NCBI GenBank assembly: GCA_963841735.1
Contig: CAWJDT010000001.1
Coordinates: 832,001 to 896,000, forward strand
Source: an uncultured Actinomycetes bacterium
GTDB taxonomy: Bacteria; Actinomycetota; Thermoleophilia; RBG-16-64-13
Direction: 5' to 3'
DNA: 64,000 nucleotides
The translations under genes and the position numbers were made by a program. Each line of letters starts with the position of its first letter. Within the stretch, counting starts at the first letter, position 1. Positions 50,701-57,441 of the stretch are shown one piece after another. The notes beneath the pieces were generated by a model that saw nothing but the letters and a program-made list of their open reading frames with translations, made no database searches and was not told the DNA's origin.

Positions 50701-52152
50701 AACCTGCAACTGCAGAGCGTGGGCATCGCCGGTTCTATCGTCTCCAGCTACACATACACCTCTGCTGGCCGGCTGGCCACCGCCACCACGAACGGTGTCA
50801 CCGAGACCGACACCTTCGACCCGTCGGGCAACATCACCAGTATCGGCGCAGGCACGTCTCTTACCTACGGCGAGAATGGCACCCCGCCCAATCAGCTAAG
50901 CACCATGACCGTGGGCGGAGTGACCATTTGCTTCACCTTTGACGCGACCAAGCGCTGGCGAACCGCCCAAGGCCCACAAGGCAACCCGGATGCCATCGCC
51001 TTTAGCTATACGGGAACCGGGAGGCTCGCCAGCTACTACGACGAGACCCGCAACCTCACCGCCACCTACTCCTACGATGCAAATGGGCAGCGCACCCACT
51101 CCCAGGTGGTCCAGACCGGGCAGGACACCCAAGAGACCGACTTCATCTACGAAGGGATCACCCTAAAGAGCCTCTCGGCCTCCAAAGGTTCTGCCAGCTG
51201 GAAGATCACCTACCTATATGACGAGGCCGGCCGACTCTACGGCGGTGTCTACCGCAGCCCCGCGACTAGCACGACGCCCGTCTTCTTCGGAGTGGTCACC
51301 ACCGACCGGGGAGATGTGGTCGAGCTTCTGGACGCAGCTGGCAACCCCTTCGTCGCCTACCGGTACGATGCCTGGGGCAATCCCCAAGGAAGCGGGAACG
51401 TGGGCACTGGCATCTGGAGCCAATCGACCGGGCTCATCACTTCGCAGGTGGCCACCGATATCGCGAGCCGCCAAGTCCTCAAATACGCCAGCTACTGCCT
51501 CGACTCCGAGAGCGGGATGTACTACCTGTCAGCTCGCCAGTACGACCCGATGACCAGGCAGTTCCTCTCCAAGGACCCAGCCAAGGACGACGGAGAAGCA
51601 AGCGCGTATCAGTATTGCGCGGGGGATCCGGTGGGGAGTTGTGATCCATCGGGGACGAAGAAGGCAAAAGTCCTCTTTCCGCCGTACAAGGGATGGGGCT
51701 ACAGGATCAATTGCACCGCACTGATGAAGGAGTGGCTGCGGGTGAACGCGGGCATGGCCCGCAAGAAGCTGATCGAGCACGGTTGCACCTTCGGGGTGAC
51801 GGTGTATGGCGCGCAAGGACTCTGGTTCGCAGATAAAGTCAGGAAAAACGGCGACTGGGATATGAAACTGGCGGCTCCCGTGTGGTATCGGTGGCAATAC
51901 CGTTACCTCGTTCTCCAGACGCCCTGGGGGAGAGTATCTATCAGTCCTGAGGACTTCGGGAATGTTCACTTTGGCTACACCGGGCGTTGGGCAGGATTCT
52001 CTCTGACACAGCTGAAGTACTTTGGAACACGGTATGCGGGAGGAGGCAACGAGGAAAGGGATCGACAGATGGTGAACCTCGGCTACAGGCTGGGAGGCGC
52101 GTGGGGGCATGACTACAGATGGCCGTGGAAGGTGAACGAGTATGTCAAATAG
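44764..52152 (+). CDS. Sec-exported Rhs/YD-repeat polymorphic toxin with DNRLRE, beta-helix, 3x CWB2 and Ntox44-like C-terminus
   Basis: Signal peptide; FPVVIDPT; GDGTHDDT..FPAGTY; GANRYDTA/YPDAL three times; YD repeats; YYLSARQYDP..FLSKDP..DPSG; tip WDMK..GNVHFGY. Confidence 0.9.
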   Translation: MYRTRRLAPFAYVLLLVFLVLTFALGSAAPATAEQGETSAQPVAPAGETVSAGPVAAHAEILSTPVPVRELTEKRTETSRTYLLSDGTKQAEIFQRPINYQDANGHWQPIDARLVPGSLPGTYESASTAVKVGISLDKAKAQPLVSLAYDGALVTLRPVAFPGMGRISAPSVVGTKAKFGWAWAGPVLSYEVIEEGVKETITLPSAGSPDTYVFAIDHAGLALKQDETGQWGLYKPGEITPALVLGDLLVYDSSIDETGSPAVAGGAEMTLEVGKDQSTATITVPKEWLTDPSRVFPVVIDPTVTRYAAGDTYISSLYPNTSYNSATALKVGYYDATTGWNKALVKFYLPSDLTDGGGGYVISANLKLYQHLQYYAGQAMPTHVGMMTKTWTGLSTWNSLGSYAITDAKTISVAMNTWLDLPCADMVQKWASGIASNYGFVVYQMPATEGQTYWRQFRSSEYSDVNYRPRLVINYTTVYDVKADYAAVGDGTHDDTTNIQNAIDAAAAAGGGRVFFPAGTYRTTQPLQLDVSYVTLEGTGASSVLKASGASQTEVVAIGSNVGAVSGLSVKSLGIQVPNGGYGVKVTGAGGGTTIAIAYNTFTGALVDNESSGVQADANFNNVTVLGNDFSGLGALPLNLTVSWSGRSVSGNTLPVSQSYRPDLLWGANRYDTAVRLSKAGYPNGAAAAVLVSGENYPDALSVAPLAVAYDGPTLLTYASALTVDTASELRRLNPSQVFVVGLGTTVQNAVKEALPTATVTAIVGTDRYDTAARVAVQLKAKLGTVSKVVVVPGDNYPDGLTVGPLAAQKGWAILLTPAAGPLPTVTYNCYHTTLGVSSALEVGTSVALPYITNLTQITGSDRYDTSTHVAEYAETLDGKVVFNHMGLATGDNYPDALAVGSYLGKDDGLLLLTNGDAATASVTAELDDHFSWLDELTYVALPNSWVADQNSGLYREPAPQHTAYDLGEFADHDTTATLDRGRLNVGTVDLGIASFGPMAALDRTYSSGVTTAGYFAPGWRFGFERSLTFVDATLTRYSDEAGESCAFVKSDPASSVWSPPSGMSAKLAHGTTNWTLTFPGTGAVLTFDGTSGKLLSEADRNGNAVTYTWSSGYCTAITAANGQQIQLTLNASHKLTQATYATAHGTRQVSYATAAPWTITCYPGTSLSHSLTYSYNGSSQLSGMTATNFTGTTAATESFLYTSGALTEVRFPDYTTVATFPDYNNSSSDAKATIAYNGQSATISRWGCVYASTAPTGQTGTQVVKSVSWDSRGAMVGETNFKVASESGNQTWSYTLSALNEAVLVTTTPLTTLYSASYTPQLLVGSTTDAGGATVSVTYGDPTTVNSDLPLTVTDSLGSTTYYGYDGAGNPTEVTKELTEEGDLGVTRCTYANVTVGSATYRGALVQERKLISGTAQNGIWAVTDYNTDGYYPNGQPKKTVYRDVALYDGQVDPPDLTVTESYDALGNLLTRTDTSGQVAETNTYDLAGRLLTSTGPAFTATVSGSPVSTQVVSHNVYDAWGHLVESYETSSVDTSGTKANWTTTTYDTCGRARQVKTWLFGSPPPSATPANTLTFAYDGLGRQITESDSTISGLPSLSSYDAQGNVVASWASRACSTTYDLVKATRSVTDAGSPAYDALGNALRSAPPGGNPTTYTYYDSGQIHVETQPDGTSITYTYDEAGNTSQEVSSESGTISYAYDLASCCLSATTAAGLTTDFGYDLLGQQVSAGADGQASSQVTYNTQGWALKTADADGFTSTRTYDAAGQVVSEAVQGATTLSTYDFAGHLTLQADPEDRQTDITYDLFGRASETVQTLPGSPRVLISDAVVVFDSLGRPTQSTDSVRGLAHSYTYPQNTPSVTSEVSAVGATGSGLVTSAVSIGTNGLEVSRSVQVESSPQIPTILRSVDTRDTAQRVTKATIDAGAVTDIYAQYLYDSAGRLQRQWGPSTGAGSGYLSTAPSTNAYTYSPATGLKTADNLQLQSVGIAGSIVSSYTYTSAGRLATATTNGVTETDTFDPSGNITSIGAGTSLTYGENGTPPNQLSTMTVGGVTICFTFDATKRWRTAQGPQGNPDAIAFSYTGTGRLASYYDETRNLTATYSYDANGQRTHSQVVQTGQDTQETDFIYEGITLKSLSASKGSASWKITYLYDEAGRLYGGVYRSPATSTTPVFFGVVTTDRGDVVELLDAAGNPFVAYRYDAWGNPQGSGNVGTGIWSQSTGLITSQVATDIASRQVLKYASYCLDSESGMYYLSARQYDPMTRQFLSKDPAKDDGEASAYQYCAGDPVGSCDPSGTKKAKVLFPPYKGWGYRINCTALMKEWLRVNAGMARKKLIEHGCTFGVTVYGAQGLWFADKVRKNGDWDMKLAAPVWYRWQYRYLVLQTPWGRVSISPEDFGNVHFGYTGRWAGFSLTQLKYFGTRYAGGGNEERDRQMVNLGYRLGGAWGHDYRWPWKVNEYVK

Positions 52153-53407
52153 TCTGCCTAAGGGTGCACGGCGGTGGTCACACTGCTTTCTGAACGGTCC
52201 GTACACTCGGATGCACCTCCCACTCCGGATGTGGAATCTGCCGGCCCGTGCTTCGCGCGGAGGTTCCGGGTCTCCCGCCGCAGCGGAGGGATCGCGCAGC
52301 GTTGCTCGATGCACCCGGTTGGCGCTTCTCGGGGTTGCATTGTTCGTCGCGGCTTCTCTGATATCCGCATGCTCGTGCGGGAAGGGGGAGGCCGATTCCT
52401 CCCTATCTCCGGGCACCCAGATGCGAACCGTCGTGGGTCAGTGGGTGCTCCAACGGTCGAGTAGTGGTCTTCCCGGGGAGCGGTATGGGCTCCAGGGCGC
52501 GTACGACCCAGTGGGGCATCAGGTCATCGTCTTCAGCGACATGAGTGGTGGCGAGGATTTGGGAAACTTCCTGGCCGTCTACAACCCAGACCTGAACCGG
52601 TGGACGGAGTTGCACGCTGAAGGCGAGTGGCCGGAGGAACGCGACAGTGCGGCTGTGATGCTAGACCCTGTCGGCCGGACTCTGGTCATCTATGGCGGGA
52701 CGAACTACGACGACGACCCCCTTGGTGATACCTGGACGTACGACCTACTGAAGGCGCGTTGGCATCAGGCAAGTCCCGTTGGCGATCGACCCCGGCCTCG
52801 CTCCGGCGCGGCGACAGCCTTTGATCCGGTCGGCGGGCTGGGCTATGTCTACGGCGGAGAAGGTCAAGACGTAGTGGGGCGTCGGGAAGCACTGGGCGAC
52901 TTGTGGGTCTATGACGTGTCGACGAACAGATGGACCGAACTCCGCCCGTCGGGTGATACTCCTCCCTCCCGCTCGTATGCCGTCATGGTGCTGGATCGTC
53001 TTGGCAACAGGCTCTTGCTGTTCGGTGGTGTGCCGGGTGATGAATACGGTCTCCTCGGGGATCTGTGGGCCTTCGACCTCGCTGCCAGTCGCTGGGCCAA
53101 GCTCCCCCAGGAGGGCGAGACCCCGTCTGCCCGATGGATCTCGGCGGCGGTGGTCTCCGAGGCCACGAACCAGGTCTTCCTCTTCGGAGGTTCGGACACG
53201 GTGGGACTCCAGAACGACGCTTGGCTTTATGATCTTTCGTCGGGTCGATGGGAGCCAGTGTCCGACGGCGCGGGAGATACTCCGGCAGCACGAGGAGGCC
53301 ACGCTCTTCTCATGGACACGGACCATCAAGCACTGGTCCTCTTGGGGGGAACCGGAGCAGAATCAGTGGTGCTCTCTGATCTGTGGGTGTATGGGTTGAG
53401 CAGGTAG
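52142..53407 (+). CDS. Kelch-repeat beta-propeller lipoprotein-like protein
   Basis: LISAC lipobox-like; repeated hhhGG...DLWxYD...W units; true start probably downstream of 52142. Confidence 0.8.
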   Translation: MSNSLPKGARRWSHCFLNGPYTRMHLPLRMWNLPARASRGGSGSPAAAEGSRSVARCTRLALLGVALFVAASLISACSCGKGEADSSLSPGTQMRTVVGQWVLQRSSSGLPGERYGLQGAYDPVGHQVIVFSDMSGGEDLGNFLAVYNPDLNRWTELHAEGEWPEERDSAAVMLDPVGRTLVIYGGTNYDDDPLGDTWTYDLLKARWHQASPVGDRPRPRSGAATAFDPVGGLGYVYGGEGQDVVGRREALGDLWVYDVSTNRWTELRPSGDTPPSRSYAVMVLDRLGNRLLLFGGVPGDEYGLLGDLWAFDLAASRWAKLPQEGETPSARWISAAVVSEATNQVFLFGGSDTVGLQNDAWLYDLSSGRWEPVSDGAGDTPAARGGHALLMDTDHQALVLLGGTGAESVVLSDLWVYGLSR

Positions 53408-53486
53408 CGAGTCCAGACCCTGCGTCGATAGCATGCTACCGGGAGAGTCGGTCTGTCTACTAACGCTAGGCGTAGGAGCGTAGGTC

Positions 53487-54110
53487 ATGGGTAGCCTTCA
53501 TCGCACACTACTGCGGGGGTTGGCGTGGGGTCTGGTGGCGGGTTGCATTGTAGTGGCGGTGTCTGGTTTTGTTATAGGGTGTGCCTATCAGCCGAATATC
53601 TGGGTAAACGGTGTAGACGGCATGAATAGCGGGGGGTTTAGCTATGATATTGCTAACAGCAGAATACTGCACAATGGGTTTGTAGACAGGTTTAAGGTGG
53701 GGTTGAGCAAGGACGCGTTGTTCGATCATCTCCGAGGAAGCTACCAGGTATTTGCAGAGGGCGACGATAGAATACATCTGATATGGAATGGGCAGATATT
53801 TACGGTGCGGCATTACGGGGATGGTCAATACGACTTATATGGTGAGATGTTTTGGGTCACAGATACATATGGAGCAACGTTGAAGTTTCCTTTTCCTACG
53901 GACAAGATCGACACGACAGCCGGAAGCGAACTCTCCCCGCCCCAACCAGCTGTGGGGACGGAGTTTACTGTCAATTGCGACTTGCCGTATCTGATACGGT
54001 TTTATGAGGTGTACGGGGACCGTGTGAAGGTGGAGGGGAATAGGATTAGTTACGGGGGTCTCACTATTGCAGTAGAAGATGGGGGACTCGTTGAGGTGGA
54101 TGTGCCTTAG
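53487..54110 (+). CDS. Hypothetical exported or lipoprotein, AT-richer gene
   Basis: AGGAG RBS; hydrophobic N-terminus with VIGC; many A/T-ending codons. Confidence 0.7.
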   Translation: MGSLHRTLLRGLAWGLVAGCIVVAVSGFVIGCAYQPNIWVNGVDGMNSGGFSYDIANSRILHNGFVDRFKVGLSKDALFDHLRGSYQVFAEGDDRIHLIWNGQIFTVRHYGDGQYDLYGEMFWVTDTYGATLKFPFPTDKIDTTAGSELSPPQPAVGTEFTVNCDLPYLIRFYEVYGDRVKVEGNRISYGGLTIAVEDGGLVEVDVP

Positions 54111-54435
54111 GGTGTCCCGCGTCAAGTTCTTTGGACACTTTCCCCCCAAAGTGGGTGTGGGTCGTCCAGGTAGCGGTCGAGCGGCCGTCTGAATTCCGTC
54201 TGGCGTACCCCGGTTGCGGCGTGGGGTCGGCAGCCGGGCCGGCTGGCGCCGGGATCGTGAGCATGGGTGGCCGTCCGGTCCAGGGGTGCGGAGGCCGGAC
54301 GGCCAACGGCGAGATGGGCACGCCGAGTGCTCCTGCGGACCGTCGGGGGTTGGACCGCAGGTATCGGTAAAGGCTAGCGCCGGGGTCGTAAGAGGGACGT
54401 AAAGGACGGTCCGGTCGTGCTAGCCTCTGCTCATC

Positions 54436-55257
54436 ATGACGCTGCTGGCAAGGATGCTTCGCAATCTGGCAGGGGCCGGGGTGGGCGGTCGGAAGCAGCC
54501 GCGCTCGGCGAACGGGGCGTCGTCGTTCCACCTGTCTTGGGTGACGTCGTCGGGTGAGAGCTTCGGACCCCGGCTGGTCGAGGTGTCCGCCGTGCTTGAA
54601 GTGCTGGCGCCGCCTGGGGTGAAAGCCCTGTACTTCTGGGCTCTGCAGGTGGACCTTGCCGACGATCGGGGCGTGTGGGGGCATGCCCATACCGGTCTGC
54701 AGTGGAACCGGCGCTATCCCGGCGGCACCGCGGTCAACTGGGGCGGGTACGCCGCGGCGGGCCAAGGTGGGGTGACGCTACCGGGCACCGTCTCGCCTCT
54801 GCCCGGGTTCGCCGATGATCCCAACACGTTGTCCTATGCCTGGCAGGCGCACCGGCCCTACCGCATCCGGATCTTCCGATCACCGGGGAATCCGGAAGCC
54901 TGGCGCTCAGAAGTCACCGATCTCACCACGGGCGTCGCAAGTGTGGTCCGCGACCTGACGCCCGCGCCCGGACGGAACACGGCCGAGTCGTTTCTCAGCC
55001 GGCCGATGGTGTGGTCGGAGGTCTTTGCCGACTGTGACGATCCCTCGGTGACTGTGCGCTGGAGCGACTTGCGGGCTGTGGACGCGGGTGGCAACGTGGT
55101 GCGACCCGAGGCGGTGCGGGTGAGCTACCAGGACTACGCGGACGGTGGGTGCCTCAACACCTCGGTGGCGGTGGACGAGACCGGCGGGGTGGTGCAGGCG
55201 ACCAACACGCCGCGGCTGGTGGAAGCAGGCGCGGTGCTGCCTCTGCCGCCGACCTAG
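54436..55257 (+). CDS. Hypothetical protein, DUF3472-like
   Basis: YFWALQV, HAHTGLQW, VNWGGY; typical high-GC codon use. Confidence 0.55.
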   Translation: MTLLARMLRNLAGAGVGGRKQPRSANGASSFHLSWVTSSGESFGPRLVEVSAVLEVLAPPGVKALYFWALQVDLADDRGVWGHAHTGLQWNRRYPGGTAVNWGGYAAAGQGGVTLPGTVSPLPGFADDPNTLSYAWQAHRPYRIRIFRSPGNPEAWRSEVTDLTTGVASVVRDLTPAPGRNTAESFLSRPMVWSEVFADCDDPSVTVRWSDLRAVDAGGNVVRPEAVRVSYQDYADGGCLNTSVAVDETGGVVQATNTPRLVEAGAVLPLPPT

Positions 55258-55889
55258 CTCTGGGTGCTTCGGCCCATTAGATGTCCGCCCAGGCCGGTGG
55301 CCCAGAGTAGCAGCGGGTAGACCACCCAGCGCTCCACTCCGCCGATGCCCAGGCCCGCGAAGGGAGCGGAGTCACCCATTATCCAATAGATAAACAAGGT
55401 CGCCAGGGAGACGAGCCCGAGTAGCGCGGAGAAATAGCGGAAGGCTCCTTCTGTGACCGTCCACGAGAGCACGGCGGCCGTCCCTCCGGCTATGAAGGTG
55501 AGTAGAGCGAACACCTCGTGCACCTCGTCGGTGTTCCCCGGAAAGAGGCCGACCCCCAGCGCTCCCAGGCCGAAGAGCGCTATGAGTATCGGCGCCGCCC
55601 AGCGGCGGGTCCCTCTTTGCAGACAGTGCGCGCCCGCCAGGGCCAACACTCCACACACGATCATGGTGACGTTGAAGATGGTGGCCGAAGGCTGGCTGAT
55701 GACGCTGTCGGGTGGTTGGGTGGCGGCGAGGTCGCTGATCTTGTTGAGCGACGTGCTGTAGCCCCCCGGATAGAGAGCCTCGGCGGTGACGATGCCCATG
55801 AAGGCGACGAGACCGGCCGTGAACAAGAGGACACCGGCGATGGCCGGGTAGCGTCTGCGCAGGGCCCGGCCGAAGCGGCTAGTCGGCAT
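55254..55889 (-). CDS. DUF998 membrane protein
   Basis: YSTSLNKISDL, GVGLFP, H, GGVER motifs; multiple TMs. Confidence 0.8.
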   Translation of the reverse strand: MPTSRFGRALRRRYPAIAGVLLFTAGLVAFMGIVTAEALYPGGYSTSLNKISDLAATQPPDSVISQPSATIFNVTMIVCGVLALAGAHCLQRGTRRWAAPILIALFGLGALGVGLFPGNTDEVHEVFALLTFIAGGTAAVLSWTVTEGAFRYFSALLGLVSLATLFIYWIMGDSAPFAGLGIGGVERWVVYPLLLWATGLGGHLMGRSTQS

Positions 55890-57348
55890 AGACCAGCCGC
55901 CCTTCGATCTGGCGGTCGACGTTCTGGTGCGCGATGAGCCACTCCTTGAGCACCGTCTGAGCGGAGGTGGCCGCTACCCGGCTGGGCGCCAGCGCAGTCA
56001 GCTCCTCCATGGTGAGGTCAAGGTAGGGCTTGCAGTTCTTGGCATGGTAGCCCTGAAGGATGAGGCTGTAGGTGGCGTCGTCGGCCACCGGAGCGCCGTT
56101 CACCTCAAGTAGGGCCAGACTCCGGGACGTGTTGGAGTACCTCGCCCGCACCGCCCCGTTCACCTGGTAGCACTCTCCTTCGCCATCCCTGTTCTCCGGG
56201 CGCATCCAGTGAGCAAAAGCCTTCTTGAGCGCCGCCCCGCTCACGGTGAAGCGGTTGAGGGAGTCGTCGTAGGGGAAGCACGACATGAAGTCCATGAGGG
56301 TCACGGCCGGTCCCATCTCCTTCACCCGCACCGAGCCTGCCCCCAACAGCACCACGTCGCTCTGGGTGCCTTCGGCCAGAGCGTCGGCCAGCAGATCTCC
56401 TAGGGTGGTCTCCTCTTCCCGAAGGGGATGGGTGAGGGCCTGCGCAAACTTGGTGATCACCACGCCGTACTTGCGGTCGACCACCGATTTGAACGACTCG
56501 ATGAACTCTGCCATGCGCAGATCGGGCTCGGCGATGTGCTCGTCTATGGGGATGAGCTTCCAGTCCCACTCGACGATGGAGTTGGTGTCGTCGTCCACCA
56601 CGATGTCGAAGCGGCCTATCTGGTTGGTGCCGGTGCCGGCCTGCACGATGAGGATGCCGTTGACCTCCTCGGGCTTGGCCAGCAGGGTGTGGCTGTGCCC
56701 TCCGATGATGAGGTCCACGCCCCACTCGGGCCGCAGCATAGCGGCGAGTTCCTTGTCCGACTCGAACCCGATGTGGGTAAGTACGATGGTCAGGTCGATG
56801 TCGTCGGTCTTGAAGGCGTCGCAGATCTTGCCCACCTCCGCGCTCGCTTCCTCCAGAGTCACGAAGGTGCCTATGAGTTCGTCCATCTTGAGCGAATCCA
56901 TGACCTTCTCGGTGAGGATTCCGGTGAACAGGATGTCGAAGCCGGCCTTCTTGATGATGTGATAGGGGCGCATCATGCGCTTCTCGAACGGCTTGATGTA
57001 GAGGTTGGCGTTGACGATGGGGAAGTTGGCGATCTTCTCCAAGAACAGCAGATGAGGTAGGCCGTAGTCCACCTCGTGGTTACCCAGGGCCACGACGTCA
57101 GGAGCCAGGTAGTTCATGATCTGCATGGTGGAAGTGCCCTTGAAATCGGAGTCGATGATGGACCCCTGCACCATGTCGCCCGAGATGACGTAGAGGACGT
57201 TCTCCTCTTCCGCCCGCACCTTGTTGATGTAGCCCGAAAGCAGCGGCAGCCCACCGACGAGTTCGCCGCCTCCCGCCGCCTGCTCGGCCAGGAAGTCCCC
57301 GTGCATGTCGTTGGAGTGGAGAATGGTGAACCTGCGTGTGACGCCCAT
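55879..57348 (-). CDS. Bifunctional metallophosphatase/5'-nucleotidase (no signal peptide)
   Basis: HSNDMHG, SGD, GNHE, LTH, GGHSH. Confidence 0.9.
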   Translation of the reverse strand: MGVTRRFTILHSNDMHGDFLAEQAAGGGELVGGLPLLSGYINKVRAEEENVLYVISGDMVQGSIIDSDFKGTSTMQIMNYLAPDVVALGNHEVDYGLPHLLFLEKIANFPIVNANLYIKPFEKRMMRPYHIIKKAGFDILFTGILTEKVMDSLKMDELIGTFVTLEEASAEVGKICDAFKTDDIDLTIVLTHIGFESDKELAAMLRPEWGVDLIIGGHSHTLLAKPEEVNGILIVQAGTGTNQIGRFDIVVDDDTNSIVEWDWKLIPIDEHIAEPDLRMAEFIESFKSVVDRKYGVVITKFAQALTHPLREEETTLGDLLADALAEGTQSDVVLLGAGSVRVKEMGPAVTLMDFMSCFPYDDSLNRFTVSGAALKKAFAHWMRPENRDGEGECYQVNGAVRARYSNTSRSLALLEVNGAPVADDATYSLILQGYHAKNCKPYLDLTMEELTALAPSRVAATSAQTVLKEWLIAHQNVDRQIEGRLVYAD

Positions 57349-57373
57349 GTCTGCCCCCAGTGGTGAGTTACGG

Positions 57374-57395
57374 CGTTCGGGCTAGGGCCCGAACG
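57374..57395. repeat. 9-bp inverted repeat between phoR and the nucleotidase gene
   Basis: CGTTCGGGC-TAGG-GCCCGAACG. Confidence 0.55.
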
Positions 57396-57441
57396 ACCCG
57401 CGGGTGGTCACGTACATCGTAGCATCGCGCCTAGGCAGGCC

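Noticed and set aside
44764-52152. Type VI or type VII secreted effector
   Set aside because: No PAAR, VgrG or WXG/LXG domain; a Sec-type signal peptide is present
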